43,413 nucleotides of DNA from assembly GCA_040905565.1 (NCBI GenBank), contig JBBDRF010000034.1:1-43413 (forward strand). Direction: 5' to 3'. The stretch is from Phycisphaeraceae bacterium. Lineage in GTDB: Bacteria > Planctomycetota > Phycisphaerae > Phycisphaerales > Zrk34. Every line of letters begins with the position of its first letter. Position 1 is the stretch's first letter. Below the pieces are notes generated by a model. It was not told the DNA's origin, made no database searches, and saw only the letters and a program-made list of their open reading frames with translations. Made by a program: the position numbers and the translations under genes. This document shows, piece after piece, positions 35,110 to 43,413 of the stretch.

Positions 35110-36639
35110 ATGCGATTGTTTCAACGGACGAAGGGCGGAAGCTGGTACATCGACTTCGCCGACCACCTGGGCATTGAGCACCGCCTGGCGGGCTACCGCG
35201 ACAGGACCGCGACGGATGAACTCGCACGCGGACTGCGGCGGCTGGTGCAGGCTCGCGAGGCACGCGACCGGCCCGACCGCGAACTTACCGCGTGGCTGGC
35301 CGGGCTGAAGCCGCGCATTCAACGGAAGCTGGTGGAATGGGATATTGTCGATGCACGCCACGACGCCGCCACGCGGCCGCTGAGGGACCATATCGCCGAG
35401 CATCGTGCGCACCTGCTGGCCGAGGGCGTGAAGCTGAAACAGGCGGACATGAAGGCGGAGCGACTGCGGACGCTGTGCCAAGCGGCGGGCTTCCGATACT
35501 GGCCGGATATCACCCCGTCGCGGGTGCTTACGGCGCTTGGCCGCATCCGCAAGGGCAACAATCGCATCGTGCAGCCGAACGATAAGCGGCAGCCGCTGGG
35601 CATCGAAAGCCGCAACCACTACATCACCGCGATCAAATCATTCTGCAATTGGGCGGTGGCCGACGGCCGCGCCACGTCGTCACCAGTGGCGAGCCTGAAA
35701 AAGCAGACCGTAACCGACGCCCGGTGTCGGCGTGCTGCAACCACGCGTGAGCTTCGCCGCATCATCGAAGCGGCCGAGGCCGGCGAGCCTTACCGCTGGG
35801 GCGGCGGCAGGGGCAGCCGTGGCAGGCGGTACACTGACGAAATAACCGGGCCAGAGCGGGCGCTGGTGTACCGCGTCGCGGCTGAAACGGGGCTGCGGGC
35901 TGCGGAGGTGCGAAGCCTCACACGCGGGGCGTTTGAGTTGGACGCCCTGCCCTACCGCGTCACGGTCGAATCAACACACACGAAGAATAAGCGGCGGGCG
36001 GTGGTGCCAATCCGCGAGGGGCTGGCGGCGATGCTCAGTGATCACCTGGAGCACAAGCTTCCGGACGCGCCCGCATTCAACCTTCCCCCGTCACACAGCA
36101 CGGCCGCGATGCTCCGCCGCGACCTGGACGCCGCCGGCATCGACTACGAAGACGCACGCGGCCGCGTTTTCGACTTCCACGCACTGCGGCACACGTTCTG
36201 CACCAACGTAGGCCAGAGCGGAGCGAGCGCGGCAACTGTGCAGGCGCTGGCACGCCATGCGAGCATCACGACCACGCAGCGATACCTGCACAGCGAGGAC
36301 GCCGAGCAAGCCGCGGCGATGCTGAGCCTGCCCCACATCGAAGCGGCCCGCGAGGCGGCGAAGGCCACCGGAACCGACGACACGAGGGCCAACGCGAGCG
36401 AAGCAACCACCGCTGAGGGCTCACAAGGGGGCTCAGATTGTACGGAAAAATGTCCGGATTCGGCTGCATTCGAGCGCCCATCGCCTGCATCGGACTGCAC
36501 AGAAAGCGGGTATGCGTGGGATTCGCAACCCCTTGCATTCGCTGGCGTTAATGATGGAATTTCTGGGGGTTACGAATATCCGCGGGAGGGCTCGAACCTC
36601 CAACCTTCGGCTCCGGAGGCCGACGCTCTATCCAATTGA
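35110..36639 (+). CDS. int: Tyrosine integrase of the element at tRNA-Arg
   Basis: ETGLRAAE (R), TKN (K), FHALRH, LARH, TTQRY catalytic set. A low-complexity tail runs antisense into the tRNA. Confidence 0.92.
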   Translation: MRLFQRTKGGSWYIDFADHLGIEHRLAGYRDRTATDELARGLRRLVQAREARDRPDRELTAWLAGLKPRIQRKLVEWDIVDARHDAATRPLRDHIAEHRAHLLAEGVKLKQADMKAERLRTLCQAAGFRYWPDITPSRVLTALGRIRKGNNRIVQPNDKRQPLGIESRNHYITAIKSFCNWAVADGRATSSPVASLKKQTVTDARCRRAATTRELRRIIEAAEAGEPYRWGGGRGSRGRRYTDEITGPERALVYRVAAETGLRAAEVRSLTRGAFELDALPYRVTVESTHTKNKRRAVVPIREGLAAMLSDHLEHKLPDAPAFNLPPSHSTAAMLRRDLDAAGIDYEDARGRVFDFHALRHTFCTNVGQSGASAATVQALARHASITTTQRYLHSEDAEQAAAMLSLPHIEAAREAAKATGTDDTRANASEATTAEGSQGGSDCTEKCPDSAAFERPSPASDCTESGYAWDSQPLAFAGVNDGISGGYEYPREGSNLQPSAPEADALSN

Positions 36640-36650
36640 GCTACGCGGAC
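36577..36650 (-). tRNA. tRNA-Arg(CCG)
   Basis: GTCCGCGTAGCTCAATTGGATAGAGCGTCGGC-CTCCGGA-GCCGAAGGTTGGAGGTTCGAGCCCTCCCGCGGATA; TATAAT at 36670-36665 upstream. Confidence 0.96.
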
Positions 36651-36869
36651 AGCTGGGACCGCGCATTATACCCAAGCGGCAAAAAAAGGCGACCCCACCA
36701 GAAGCGACAAGCGACCACCACGCGAGCGGCGTACAATGATCTTGACGCCGGGCACGCCAGTGGTTTCAATATCGCAGGCCCCCAACCTGCTGCGTTGGAC
36801 CAGGCTCGCCCCGTGGCGTAGACTGTGGCACACATTGGCGGTCACCCGCCCCCCTGCTTGAGGTGCGCG

Positions 36870-37193
36870 ATGCATAGCTTTCAAACAATGACCCTCGGGT
36901 TCTACATGCCCAGCGGCTGGGAATGGATGATCATTCTGGTCATCGCACTGCTGGTCTTCGGCAAACGTCTCCCTGAAGTCGGCCGCAGCCTCGGCAAAGG
37001 CATCGTCGAGTTCAAAAAGGGTATCAAGGGCGTCAAAGACGAGCTTGATGACGTCGAGAAGGAAGTCGACGACGCGTCGAATCAGCCTGACGAAAAAGAG
37101 ACAGCCCGTCTGGAGCACAGCCGCTCCGAGCCGGCCGTCGACCCCGACCATGCTGTCAAGGACAAGCACAAAGCCGAACCCGGCACCACTTGA
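36870..37193 (+). CDS. tatA: Sec-independent translocase subunit TatA/E
   Basis: GWEWMIILVIALLVFGKRLPEVGRSLGKGIVEFKKG; GAGGTG RBS. Start could also be 36888. Confidence 0.95.
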   Translation: MHSFQTMTLGFYMPSGWEWMIILVIALLVFGKRLPEVGRSLGKGIVEFKKGIKGVKDELDDVEKEVDDASNQPDEKETARLEHSRSEPAVDPDHAVKDKHKAEPGTT

Positions 37194-37229
37194 CGCCCGG
37201 GTTTCGGAAGCTAAAGTAGAAAAACTTCG

Positions 37230-37303
37230 GGGCGATTAGCTCAGTTGGCTAGAGCGCCTGCTCGACACGCAGGAGGTCACTGGTTCGAGTCCAGTATCGC
37301 CCA
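37230..37303 (+). tRNA. tRNA-Val(GAC)
   Basis: GGGCGATTAGCTCAGTTGGCTAGAGCG-CCTGC-TCGACAC-GCAGG-AGGTCACTGGTTCGAGTCCAGTATCGCCCA; promoter TTGACG-N16-TAAAGT at 37190-37217. Confidence 0.96.
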
Positions 37304-37415
37304 TTTCCACGCAACCCCCGCCGAGTTGAAGGTTTACGTTTCCTCTTCAACTACCCGCCTTCGGGCGGTGCGGCAGCTTGAAAACATCACACTGTGACGT
37401 TTTGGAAGCCGCACC

Positions 37416-38618
37416 ATGCCAGCCCGAACCCAAAGCACCCCCAGACTCTGTAAAGATCGCGATCAGGCGTACGTCCGCATCAACGGCCGGCGCATCCAGT
37501 GTGGCCGTTGGGGCTCGCGCGATGCGAGGCAGCGGTACGACCAGGTGATCGCCGAATGGCTGACCAACGACCGCCAGCTTTCCGGCTCCACCGCCGAGCA
37601 GGATCCGCGTGAGGTCACCGTCACGGCCGTCATGCTCGCCTACTGGCGGCACATCAAGAAACGCTACACCGGCGAAACCCTCGCCAACAAGAAACGGGCC
37701 ATCAAGCGCGTCCGCGAGCTCTACGGCCGTGAGCCGGCGGAGAGTTTCGGGCCTAGGCGTCTGCACATCTTTCGCGACAAGCTCGTGCGCATGGAGCTTG
37801 CCCGCTCCACCCTCAACAAGCAGATTGAGACGGTTCGCTCCGCGTTCCGCCACGCGGCCGCTCAGGAGATGATCGACGCGCGGATTTATCGCCGGCTGCT
37901 GGTGCTCGAGCCGCTGCGAGCGGAGGAGCTGAAGAAGGACACGCGGAAGGTCAGGCCTGTCCCGCTGAGAGACGTGGCGCAAACGCGCCGTGAGCTGCCC
38001 CGGCCGCTGCGAGCGCTGCTCAAGCTTCAACTGCTGACCGGCGCGCGGCCGGGCGAACTGGTAGGGCTGCGGTCGGTGGACATCGACACCACCGGCGACA
38101 TCTGGACCTGTCGCCCGACGAAGCACAAGACGGCCCACCGGGGTAACGAGCGGGTGATCTACTTCGGCCCGCGGGCGAAGCGTGTGCTCCAGGAATTCAT
38201 GGGGCCGGGTCTTCGCCCGGTCAACAAGCCGCTGTTTTCACCGCGTGAGGCGCACGCCGAGGTCCGGCGTCGCGGAGCGGCGGGCCGCCGGCGCCCGAAT
38301 CAGAAGCCAACGCCGACACAGCGGAAGCAATCGTGGAAAAATCAACACGGCGGCGGGGAGGTTGATGCGCCGCGCAGAATGGGCGACGCTTACGACGTGG
38401 ACGCCTATCGCCGCGCCATCGCCAGGGCCTGCTCCAAGACCGGCGTGCCGCGATGGAGCCCGCACCAGCTCCGCCACAACGCCGCGACGATCATTCGCCG
38501 TAGCTTCGGTATCGAACTGGCGCGAATCATCCTCGGCCACACCAGCTCAGCCGTAACAGAAATCTACGCCGAGGCCGATCACTCCAAGGCCGTCGAAGTC
38601 ATGCGGAAGATCGGATAG
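37416..38618 (+). CDS. int: Tyrosine integrase
   Basis: LTGARPGE, KHKT, PHQLRH, ILGH, TEIY. Confidence 0.94.
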   Translation: MPARTQSTPRLCKDRDQAYVRINGRRIQCGRWGSRDARQRYDQVIAEWLTNDRQLSGSTAEQDPREVTVTAVMLAYWRHIKKRYTGETLANKKRAIKRVRELYGREPAESFGPRRLHIFRDKLVRMELARSTLNKQIETVRSAFRHAAAQEMIDARIYRRLLVLEPLRAEELKKDTRKVRPVPLRDVAQTRRELPRPLRALLKLQLLTGARPGELVGLRSVDIDTTGDIWTCRPTKHKTAHRGNERVIYFGPRAKRVLQEFMGPGLRPVNKPLFSPREAHAEVRRRGAAGRRRPNQKPTPTQRKQSWKNQHGGGEVDAPRRMGDAYDVDAYRRAIARACSKTGVPRWSPHQLRHNAATIIRRSFGIELARIILGHTSSAVTEIYAEADHSKAVEVMRKIG

Positions 38619-38716
38619 CATTGAACAACGTCAGACAGGCAGCTCGTTCCCGAGACGCGACGCAATCGGCAAACCTGCTTGCGTCGGCTCGACCCGTCCC
38701 CCCAGCTGGAGCCAGT

Positions 38717-39596
38717 GATGGCCCAAGGCAGTGAAAGCGATACGTGGTGGCGCGATTCAGCCTCTGAGAAGAGCAGGTATGGGGTTTTGAAGGCGCTTGG
38801 TCTCGCCTGCACACGGCAAGTTCAGCGGAATGTGCAGGTGTTGCGCGAGGCAGCAGCCTTCATTAGGGGTTCGGATCAGGGACTCGCAGAGCCGCCGATG
38901 TGCGCGCTCCAGCGGCGCATCGTGAATGCGTGGTACGCCATGCTCGCAGCCAGCGATTATGAGCTGCTGGAAGACCGTTTTCACGACATGGGGAGGCGCG
39001 ACGCCCGTCGTATCGTGCTTCTGGGCGCCTTGACGTACGACGCGGACTTCGATGGCCAAGAACTTGAGCTGGCGTGGTCTTGGGGGTACGCCGATGACAC
39101 AGCGCCCGAGCCTTGTGGTCGGCGGGGTGCGGCAAAGGTACTTCAGGCCGTGGAGGGGTTGGAGAAGCTGTTGGTCGAGTATCTTTCGGTTGCACTGGAA
39201 ATACTTGAGCACTCCGACGGGCTTCTCGAAGCCAGCGAACTGCAAGGTGGAAAGCAGCCGGATCCTGCTGATTGGGTGAATGAAACGGAGACCTCCGAAA
39301 ACTCCACGTTGCCTGGTCCCGATGCCGATCGGGCCCAGATCGAACTCCCAGGTCCGGGCACTAATGCCGCGATCGCACTGCAAGTGCTACTGGAGTCGGG
39401 AGCCGTAGCGGCGGAGCATCGCGTGACGACGGCCGTGCTCGCCCGGAAGGCCAAAAACTTGGAGGGCAACGACTTCAAGAAAGTGGTGGCGCGGCTTCGA
39501 AAAGTTGGACTTGTCGAGACCCGCAAGGGAGCGGGCGGCGGGATTTGGCTCACGCGGCAAGGAGAAGAGGCAGCGCGCCGCCTGAGGAAGACCTGA
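38717..39596 (+). CDS. Hypothetical protein with C-terminal Rrf2-like winged HTH
   Basis: C-terminus TTAVLAR...KKVVARLRKVGLVETRKGAGGGIWLT. Start uncertain. Confidence 0.7.
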
Positions 39597-40147
39597 CGAA
39601 GGTGGTGCGTAGTCGTGGGTCGATCGAACAGGATTTGACCTCTGCACTAAGCGGACATAATCTCCGCGACCTGTTATCGATCAATCGTTCCGCAGCTCCC
39701 CGAACTCAACCACAATCTCATACCGCAACCACGGTCGGCGGCGGGAACCGTTCGGCAGGCGGCGGCGCAGTTTGAGCGCGCGGCTGAACGTCCGGCACGC
39801 CTATCCACTTCGCTTAACAGGCTCGGTTGATTCATCTTCAGCCGTTCTGGCACCTTTAGGGGCGCTTCAACCGTTTTGCAGATGCTTTGGTCCCGCAAAG
39901 CGGGGATGCGTGCCCCAAGGCCTCGTGCCCGCTCAAGCGTCAGGCGCCAGAATGCCTTGAGCGACAGGCATTGGCGTGTGTCGCTCGCCGCCGGACCAGA
40001 CTCCGCCACCAAGCCCTGCGGCGGAGCGTTCGCCAGCGCAGCAGGCGCATAATTCAGCCGGAAGGGATGGCTTCGCTGCCTATAAGCCTGTTTTTACATG
40101 CCTCGTCGTGAGTCGCGTCATCTGCAGACCGGACGAAGAGCCCCTGT

Positions 40148-40188
40148 TGGCACCTTTGTGGCACCTTTGTGGCACCTTTTTGCCACCG
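40148..40188 (+). repeat. Three tandem 11-bp repeats TGGCACCTTT(G) plus a degenerate fourth
   Basis: Copies at 40148, 40159, 40170, then TGCCACC at 40181; an isolated copy TGGCACCTTT at 39848. Confidence 0.85.
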
Positions 40189-40244
40189 AAAAGCAAACAT
40201 CGGTAGTGTATCACTATCTCCGTCAATGCACGGAGGTGTCAGCT

Positions 40245-40544
40245 ATGACAATGGATGTTTTCAACGGTGGCCTCACGCTTGCACAAGCTGCCCGAGAGCT
40301 GCCCGGAAAACCGAGCCCGAGCACGGTCTGGCGGTGGTGCAGGCGTGGTGTCAATGGTGTGCGACTGGAGTATCGCCGCGTTGGCCGCAACATCATCACA
40401 AATCGGGCCGCACTTCAGAGGTTCATCGACGAGCTAACTCGGCGGGACGCCGCGCCTCAGGTGCCACCGCCGAAGCCTTCTGGTACGCGAGGTCGCGGGA
40501 CGGCTGAAAACTTCGAGGCCGAAGCCGAGACCGAGGGACTGTAA
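40245..40544 (+). CDS. DUF1580-like excisionase/HTH protein
   Basis: LTLAQAARELPGKPSPSTVWRWCRRGVNGVRLEYRRVG...TNRAALQRF; GGAGGT RBS. Confidence 0.85.
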   Translation: MTMDVFNGGLTLAQAARELPGKPSPSTVWRWCRRGVNGVRLEYRRVGRNIITNRAALQRFIDELTRRDAAPQVPPPKPSGTRGRGTAENFEAEAETEGL

Positions 40545-40710
40545 TGGATCGCGGGCTCGTCTTGCGGCGCTCTGCGTCCTCAAGAGGAGTCAGAATCCAT
40601 CCATGCGCGCGCGTGCCGAACGCGCCCGGCTGGTAGGCCGTAGGGAGCGATCGGCAACATCTTTGAGAGGCCCGGCAGGTGGAATTGGCGGGCCGAAATG
40701 GAGTATTACT

Positions 40711-42336
40711 ATGAGTATACCGCTTCAGCTGCGGGACGAACAGCCGCTTCCGACGATTGCCGATCGCGATCTGGAGTTGCTGCTCCTCGGGGCACTAATC
40801 GCCGCGGACACTGCCCATACGGAAAACGCAGAGCGAATCGAAACCGTCTTTGGTCGGGTTGATCCTGGTGACTTTCTCGGCCCGCACGCCCGCGCCTTCT
40901 ATGAGGCCATGCGGACCGTGTGGATTGATGCACGGGGCCTGCCGCTCCAGACGATAGCCAGTCACGTCACGGCGCCGGCGAGTCGTTGGATTGACGGGCA
41001 GCTCGTGGACGCCGTCGAACAAGCTCCTGAGCACCTGCTCGAGCACTATGCCGATCAAGTGACTGACTTGGCGACGCGGCGCCGCTTGGCCGATGCCGGC
41101 CAGTACATCAAGACGATCGCTACTCAGGCCGAGACTCCCGAGAAGGCGGCCGAACAGGCTAGGCAGGCATTGGACCAGGTCGCGATACGGTCCAGCGGTG
41201 CAGCGGTGGTGCGTTGCATGGCCGATATCAAGCCCGAGCCGATTCGCTGGCTCTGGCCCGGGCGTATCGCACTCGGCAAGTTGGCGATCTTAGCCGGCAA
41301 CGGTGGTTTGGGGAAATCGACGGTCGCGCTTGACATCGCCGCCCGGGTCTCGACTGGCAGAGGTTTTCCCGATCAGTCCGAGGTAGATGGTGGTTCACCC
41401 GCCAACGTGATTTTGCTGAGTGCGGAGGACGATCCCGCCGATACGATCCGGCCCCGGTTGGATGCCGCTGGCGCTGATCCGCGCCGAATCTACATTATTG
41501 AGGCCATACGCCGCCGGGACAGTGGCGAGGGAACTGAGCGGGCGTTCTCCCTTGCGACCGACATCGCCGAGTTGGAACGTGTTGTTGATCAAATCGGTGG
41601 CGTGCGGCTCATCATCATCGACCCGATCACCGCGTATTGCGGGGCGTCAGACGACCACCGCAATGCTGAGGTTCGAGGGCTGCTTGCTCCACTCTCAGCG
41701 CTTGCCGCCCCGCGAGGCGCGGCCGTGGTTGCCGTCACGCACCTGCGTAAGGGGGGCGGCCAAGCCATTCACCAAGTAATCGGTTCGGTCGCCTGGGCGG
41801 CCGCAGCTCGGACAGGAATGGCATTTTCGGCGGATCCCGAAGATCCGCGTCGGCGGATAATGACCACCATCAAGAGCAATATCGCGCCCGAGGCGGACGG
41901 CTTGGCTTACCGGATTGAGACGCCCGTAGAACAGAACATCGGTGCCGTTGTCTGGGAGGAAGGGCCGATTGACCTGTCGGCGGAGGACGCGCTGAACGGT
42001 GGTGGACAAGGCGATCGCTCCGAGCTGATCGAGGCGAAGGCATGGCTGAAAACGCAGCTTGCCGATGGCCCAATCCCCGCTAAAGCGATCAAGAATCAAG
42101 CTCAAGATGATGGGTTCTCAGAACGAACTTTGAAACGGGCGAAGCGTGATCTGGGGATTGTCTCAGGCAAGACCGGCTTCGGCGAAGCTGGCAAGTGGAC
42201 TTGGAGCCTTCCGGAAGGGGGCCAAGAGGACGCAAAGGAGGCCATGCATCAAGGCGTGACCCCCTTCGAAGATTCTGGCCCTCTTTGGCGCCCGAATCTG
42301 GAGGATGCGGGTGAGGACAGCGAGGTGCGCATATGA
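40711..42336 (+). CDS. DnaB-like N-terminal domain + AAA_25 (RepA/SF4-like) helicase
   Basis: LELLLLGALI...DF...HARAFYEAM N-terminus; WLWPGRI, GNGGLGKST, SAEDD, IIIDP, VTHLRK, GSVAW, KSN. Confidence 0.88.
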   Translation: MSIPLQLRDEQPLPTIADRDLELLLLGALIAADTAHTENAERIETVFGRVDPGDFLGPHARAFYEAMRTVWIDARGLPLQTIASHVTAPASRWIDGQLVDAVEQAPEHLLEHYADQVTDLATRRRLADAGQYIKTIATQAETPEKAAEQARQALDQVAIRSSGAAVVRCMADIKPEPIRWLWPGRIALGKLAILAGNGGLGKSTVALDIAARVSTGRGFPDQSEVDGGSPANVILLSAEDDPADTIRPRLDAAGADPRRIYIIEAIRRRDSGEGTERAFSLATDIAELERVVDQIGGVRLIIIDPITAYCGASDDHRNAEVRGLLAPLSALAAPRGAAVVAVTHLRKGGGQAIHQVIGSVAWAAAARTGMAFSADPEDPRRRIMTTIKSNIAPEADGLAYRIETPVEQNIGAVVWEEGPIDLSAEDALNGGGQGDRSELIEAKAWLKTQLADGPIPAKAIKNQAQDDGFSERTLKRAKRDLGIVSGKTGFGEAGKWTWSLPEGGQEDAKEAMHQGVTPFEDSGPLWRPNLEDAGEDSEVRI

Positions 42337-42746
42337 GCGCGGCCATAGAGATTCTGGCTCGGTTGGCGGCTGCGGGTGTATGGGTAATAGCTGACGGCAA
42401 CGAGGTGGTGTTGCGGCCGGCGAGGGGGCTGAGCAGGAGGCTCATCGAAGAAGTACGGAGTAACAAGGACGAGATTCTGGAATCACTTCGGTCGGGCCAG
42501 TACGTTGAGCCCCTCGGAGGAGTGAGCGCCGATGACTGGGTCGCTGGCCGAAATATCTCTGTCGAGCGGATCGGATTCAATCGCTACTATTACGGTGGCC
42601 GGCCTCATCTCCTGTGTTCTCACCTGCTGCGAGATTGGCGGGCGGAATATACAAGTGCCCTGCTGGCCGGCTATCCGGAACCTAAGGCATGGGACATGGC
42701 ATGGGCGGAGGTGATGCAACCGATCGGGCGCGAGTTGTGGTGGTGA
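42333..42746 (+). CDS. Hypothetical protein coupled to the helicase
   Basis: ATGA overlap; MSAAIEILARLAAAGVWVIADGNEVVLRP...EEVRSNKDEIL resembles small N-terminal docking-like domains found after satellite helicases. Confidence 0.7.
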   Translation: MSAAIEILARLAAAGVWVIADGNEVVLRPARGLSRRLIEEVRSNKDEILESLRSGQYVEPLGGVSADDWVAGRNISVERIGFNRYYYGGRPHLLCSHLLRDWRAEYTSALLAGYPEPKAWDMAWAEVMQPIGRELWW

Positions 42747-42868
42747 CGGTTGTTTTTCGATCGTGATGCGGCAACACGTCGAGTCTACTCAAGGGTGGCG
42801 AACGGCTAACTGGGCAGGTGGAGGCCGTCGTGTTACCGCATGCCGCAGGAGAAGCGCGGAGGTTAATC

Positions 42869-43381
42869 ATGATCAGGGAGGCCAGCGAGCGAACGCTGTG
42901 GGAGACGCCGCTTCAGCACGTGGAGCAGGATGTTAGTAGCACTGCTGTCCGTATCGCGGAGCGGAATCGGCGAAACGCTCAGCGGAGTACGGGGCCCCGC
43001 TCGGAGGCGGGGAAGGAGCGGGCGCGGCGGAACAGTATGAAGCATGGACTGTGTGCGAATCCTGCCGCTGGCGTGGTGGAGGAGCCGGGGCGGTTCCACG
43101 TGTTGCATGAGGCGTTGGTCGATCGGTTTCAGCCACGGGATGAGATCGAGGCGGGCCTAGTCCACCGAATTGCCGTTTCGCTGTGGCGTCTGCAACGGGC
43201 GGCGACCGCCGACGCGGCGGCGACGGAGCTGGCGGTGCGGGCGGTCGTGCCGCAGCGGGAGCAAGTGCAGCGGTGGATCGAAGGGGTTCAGGATGCTTGG
43301 CGGGTCGAGACCGTGGCGGAATTCGACCCGGAGCTGCGTCGCCAGCAGCAGGAGGATGGTAAGCGCTCGGTGATCCGGTGA
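42869..43381 (+). CDS. Hypothetical protein with NRRNAQRSTGPRS...KHGL motif
   Basis: NRRNAQRSTGPRSEAGKERARRNSMKHGL...PRDEIEAGLVHRIAVSLWRLQR; GGAGG RBS before ATG 42869. Confidence 0.75.
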   Translation: MIREASERTLWETPLQHVEQDVSSTAVRIAERNRRNAQRSTGPRSEAGKERARRNSMKHGLCANPAAGVVEEPGRFHVLHEALVDRFQPRDEIEAGLVHRIAVSLWRLQRAATADAAATELAVRAVVPQREQVQRWIEGVQDAWRVETVAEFDPELRRQQQEDGKRSVIR

Positions 43382-43413
43382 CGGGCGGATGTGGTGGGTG
43401 TTCAGTCGTCGAG

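Larger units (their letters stand above)
28093..36576 (+). mobile_element. Phage-satellite-like integrative element at the tRNA-Arg 3' end (left boundary uncertain)
   Basis: Co-oriented terS-terL-xis-alpA-primase-helicase-higBA-int next to a tRNA 3' end. A second att copy was not found by eye. Confidence 0.75.
37304..43413 (+). mobile_element. Second integrative (satellite/IME-like) element at tRNA-Val; continues past the window end
   Basis: Integrase immediately after the tRNA 3' end, followed by wHTH, DUF1580-like and helicase genes. Confidence 0.78.

Overview
GC-rich bacterial accessory region, probably from a planctomycete (inferred from the style of the tatA, DUF1580-like and integrase-core genes; not proven). 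Left to right: (1) an IS scar cluster with two IS256 3' ends, an ISL3, an rnk pseudogene and a truncated globin; (2) a ~2,900-aa cyclic beta-1,2-glucan synthase; (3) remnants of an integrase core, IS66 and a yeeA/rhuM/yeeB restriction-type locus that abut a 15-repeat CRISPR array; (4) a complete type I-G cas operon (csb1-csb2-cas3-short cas8g-cas4/1-cas2); (5) between the cas operon and a WYL regulator, an odd cassette of a motif-rearranged mini-kinase, a divergent small protein and an atypical tRNA-like gene; (6) a satellite-like integrative element at tRNA-Arg(CCG) with terS, terL, xis/alpA, primase, SF3 helicase, higBA and integrase but no visible capsid or portal; (7) tatA, tRNA-Val(GAC) and the start of a second integrative element. 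The best candidate for an undescribed system is a ~615-nt, densely base-paired, two-domain non-coding RNA (28093-28707) with a kissing-loop pair, lying directly upstream of and overlapping the terS start. All calls come from reading the sequence and recalling family motifs; no searches or folding programs were run.
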